Part shown: positions 63,166 through 64,000 of the stretch, piece after piece
Position numbering within the stretch: position 1 is the first letter of the stretch
Layout of the letters: the number at the start of each line of letters is the position of its first letter
Source: a virus
DNA length: 64,000 nt
Virus record (IMG/VR): IMGVR_UViG_3300045988_115788
Direction: 5' to 3' (one strand)
Program-made: the position numbers and the translations under genes
The notes under the pieces: generated by a model
The model's input: only the letters and a program-made list of their open reading frames with translations
What the model was told of the DNA's origin: nothing
Databases searched by the model: none

Positions 63166-63342
63166 ATGGAACATGAATTTTTAATCGCATGGGTAAAGGC
63201 GGTTTTTACAACGATTGGCATTGGAGCGCTGCTAACCGCTTATCTTGCTTTCAAACAGAAAACAATGTGTGACACAATAATTGGAGCAGGGCTTCTGGTT
63301 GCAACAATTCTTTTGTTTGTAGTAATTAGTATGGTACAATAA
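63166..63342 (+). CDS. small two-helix membrane protein (58 aa)
   Basis: GAAGGGG SD; MEHEFLIAWVKAVFTTIGIGALLTAYLAF... Confidence 0.45.
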   Translation: MEHEFLIAWVKAVFTTIGIGALLTAYLAFKQKTMCDTIIGAGLLVATILLFVVISMVQ

Positions 63343-63355
63343 AGGGGGACTTAAA

Positions 63356-63745
63356 ATGTTTCGTATTTTTACAATTTGCGTATGTGTTTGTGCGCTTATT
63401 CTTATGATAATTGTTGCTTTTATTTTTATTTTTCATGTAATTCTTGAAAGAAAAGTAAAAAAGTCAGAGCATCCTAAAATTAAATTTAAAGATTTTAAAG
63501 CATGGTTTTTGCTTTGTCCAGAAGCTTACGCTTTGAAAGAAGACAGTATATACCGTTTCGGTCTTGGGGATTTTTACTTTAATATCATTGATATTATTCG
63601 ATACAAGTTTTGGAGAAAAAGAGAATACTGCCGTCAGACTGAAGAAAAAAATACGAAACAGATTCACATGCTCTTGTCATACGTCAAGCATGATATTGAA
63701 GCGTATGAAAACAAAACAAGAAAGGAGATTGAGCGACTTGGATGA
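63356..63745 (+). CDS. membrane-anchored protein
   Basis: AAAGGGGGA SD; N-terminal hydrophobic helix. Confidence 0.5.
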   Translation: MFRIFTICVCVCALILMIIVAFIFIFHVILERKVKKSEHPKIKFKDFKAWFLLCPEAYALKEDSIYRFGLGDFYFNIIDIIRYKFWRKREYCRQTEEKNTKQIHMLLSYVKHDIEAYENKTRKEIERLG

Positions 63746-64000
63746 TTTTTTTGATATGGTTGCCACAACGGAGCCAGAAAAAATTGAAGTAAAGTGTAAA
63801 CCATGTAAGGAACTTTATTTTGATGCCACTACTGGATACAGAGTTATGGCATGTATCCCTGTTGGCCCCCCTCCAAATGGTCTTGAGCTTAATAAATATG
63901 GAAATTTTAGCGTTTCTGGAAATGGATTAAATCTTCTAAAAGAAGGTGTTCCTATCAATCTCAAATTAACAGAAGCTAAAAGCAAATATTCAGCGTCTTA
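63736..64000 (+). CDS. hypothetical protein, 5' part (runs off the window end)
   Basis: TTG at 63736 (or ATG at 63754); frame open to 64000, LDDFFDMVATTEPEKIEVKCKPCKELY... Confidence 0.35.

Noticed and set aside
1-64000. Stop-codon reassignment (TAG or TGA recoding as in some gut phages) and a suppressor tRNA
   Set aside because: Long late and replication genes (up to 1294 codons) are uninterrupted under the standard code. Gene breaks are explained by introns and IS decay. None of the tRNA-like genes has a CUA, UCA or UUA anticodon in my folds. The only in-frame stop (33048) is a single TAA.

Overview
AT-rich (by eye about one-third GC, not computed) segment of a tailed dsDNA phage, prophage or phage-plasmid of Firmicutes type, read with the standard genetic code. 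Layout: 1-13338 (minus) is the late morphogenesis module: structural proteins, major capsid candidate, protease/scaffold, portal, large terminase, metallophosphoesterase. 13489-19862 (minus) holds a YonO/RdRP-like single-subunit RNA polymerase, a dCMP deaminase, small genes and a regulator-like protein. 20493-29381 (plus) holds early/middle operons: PhoH-like ATPase, HNH-AP2 endonuclease, HU-like protein, ATP-dependent DNA ligase, Bro-N antirepressor, P-loop kinase, SleB-like hydrolase, second dCMP deaminase. 29441-31253 (minus) has two regulator-like paralog genes. 31254-37440 is an ORF-poor, repeat-rich control region enclosing a visibly GC-richer island of about ten tiny genes. 37440-64000 (plus) has a tRNA cluster, a tyrosine recombinase, a TnpB insertion sequence and a replication module: SSB-like protein, AAA ATPase, DnaB-like helicase, cysteine desulfurase, Toprim primase, RecJ-like exonuclease, DnaE-type Pol III alpha. 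Most notable: (1) the RNA polymerase gene is split into three exons by two sibling group I introns sitting in its DxDGD and VDxxKT motifs, one carrying an HNH ORF, and the large terminase has a third intron-like interruption; (2) the 6-kb control region contains a 200-nt almost G-free tract, a decayed large inverted repeat, three copies of a promoter cassette, a promoter-plus-terminator mini-RNA, operator-like and iteron-like repeats, and a foreign-looking GC-rich island; (3) one intact and two decayed TnpB elements all keep omega-RNA-like tails; (4) three of the four tRNA-like genes are non-canonical. About 22 near-consensus host-type promoters with extended -10 drive everything except the late module. 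No CRISPR array, rRNA or reverse transcriptase was seen. Intron, promoter and RNA coordinates were derived by hand and are good to a few nt.
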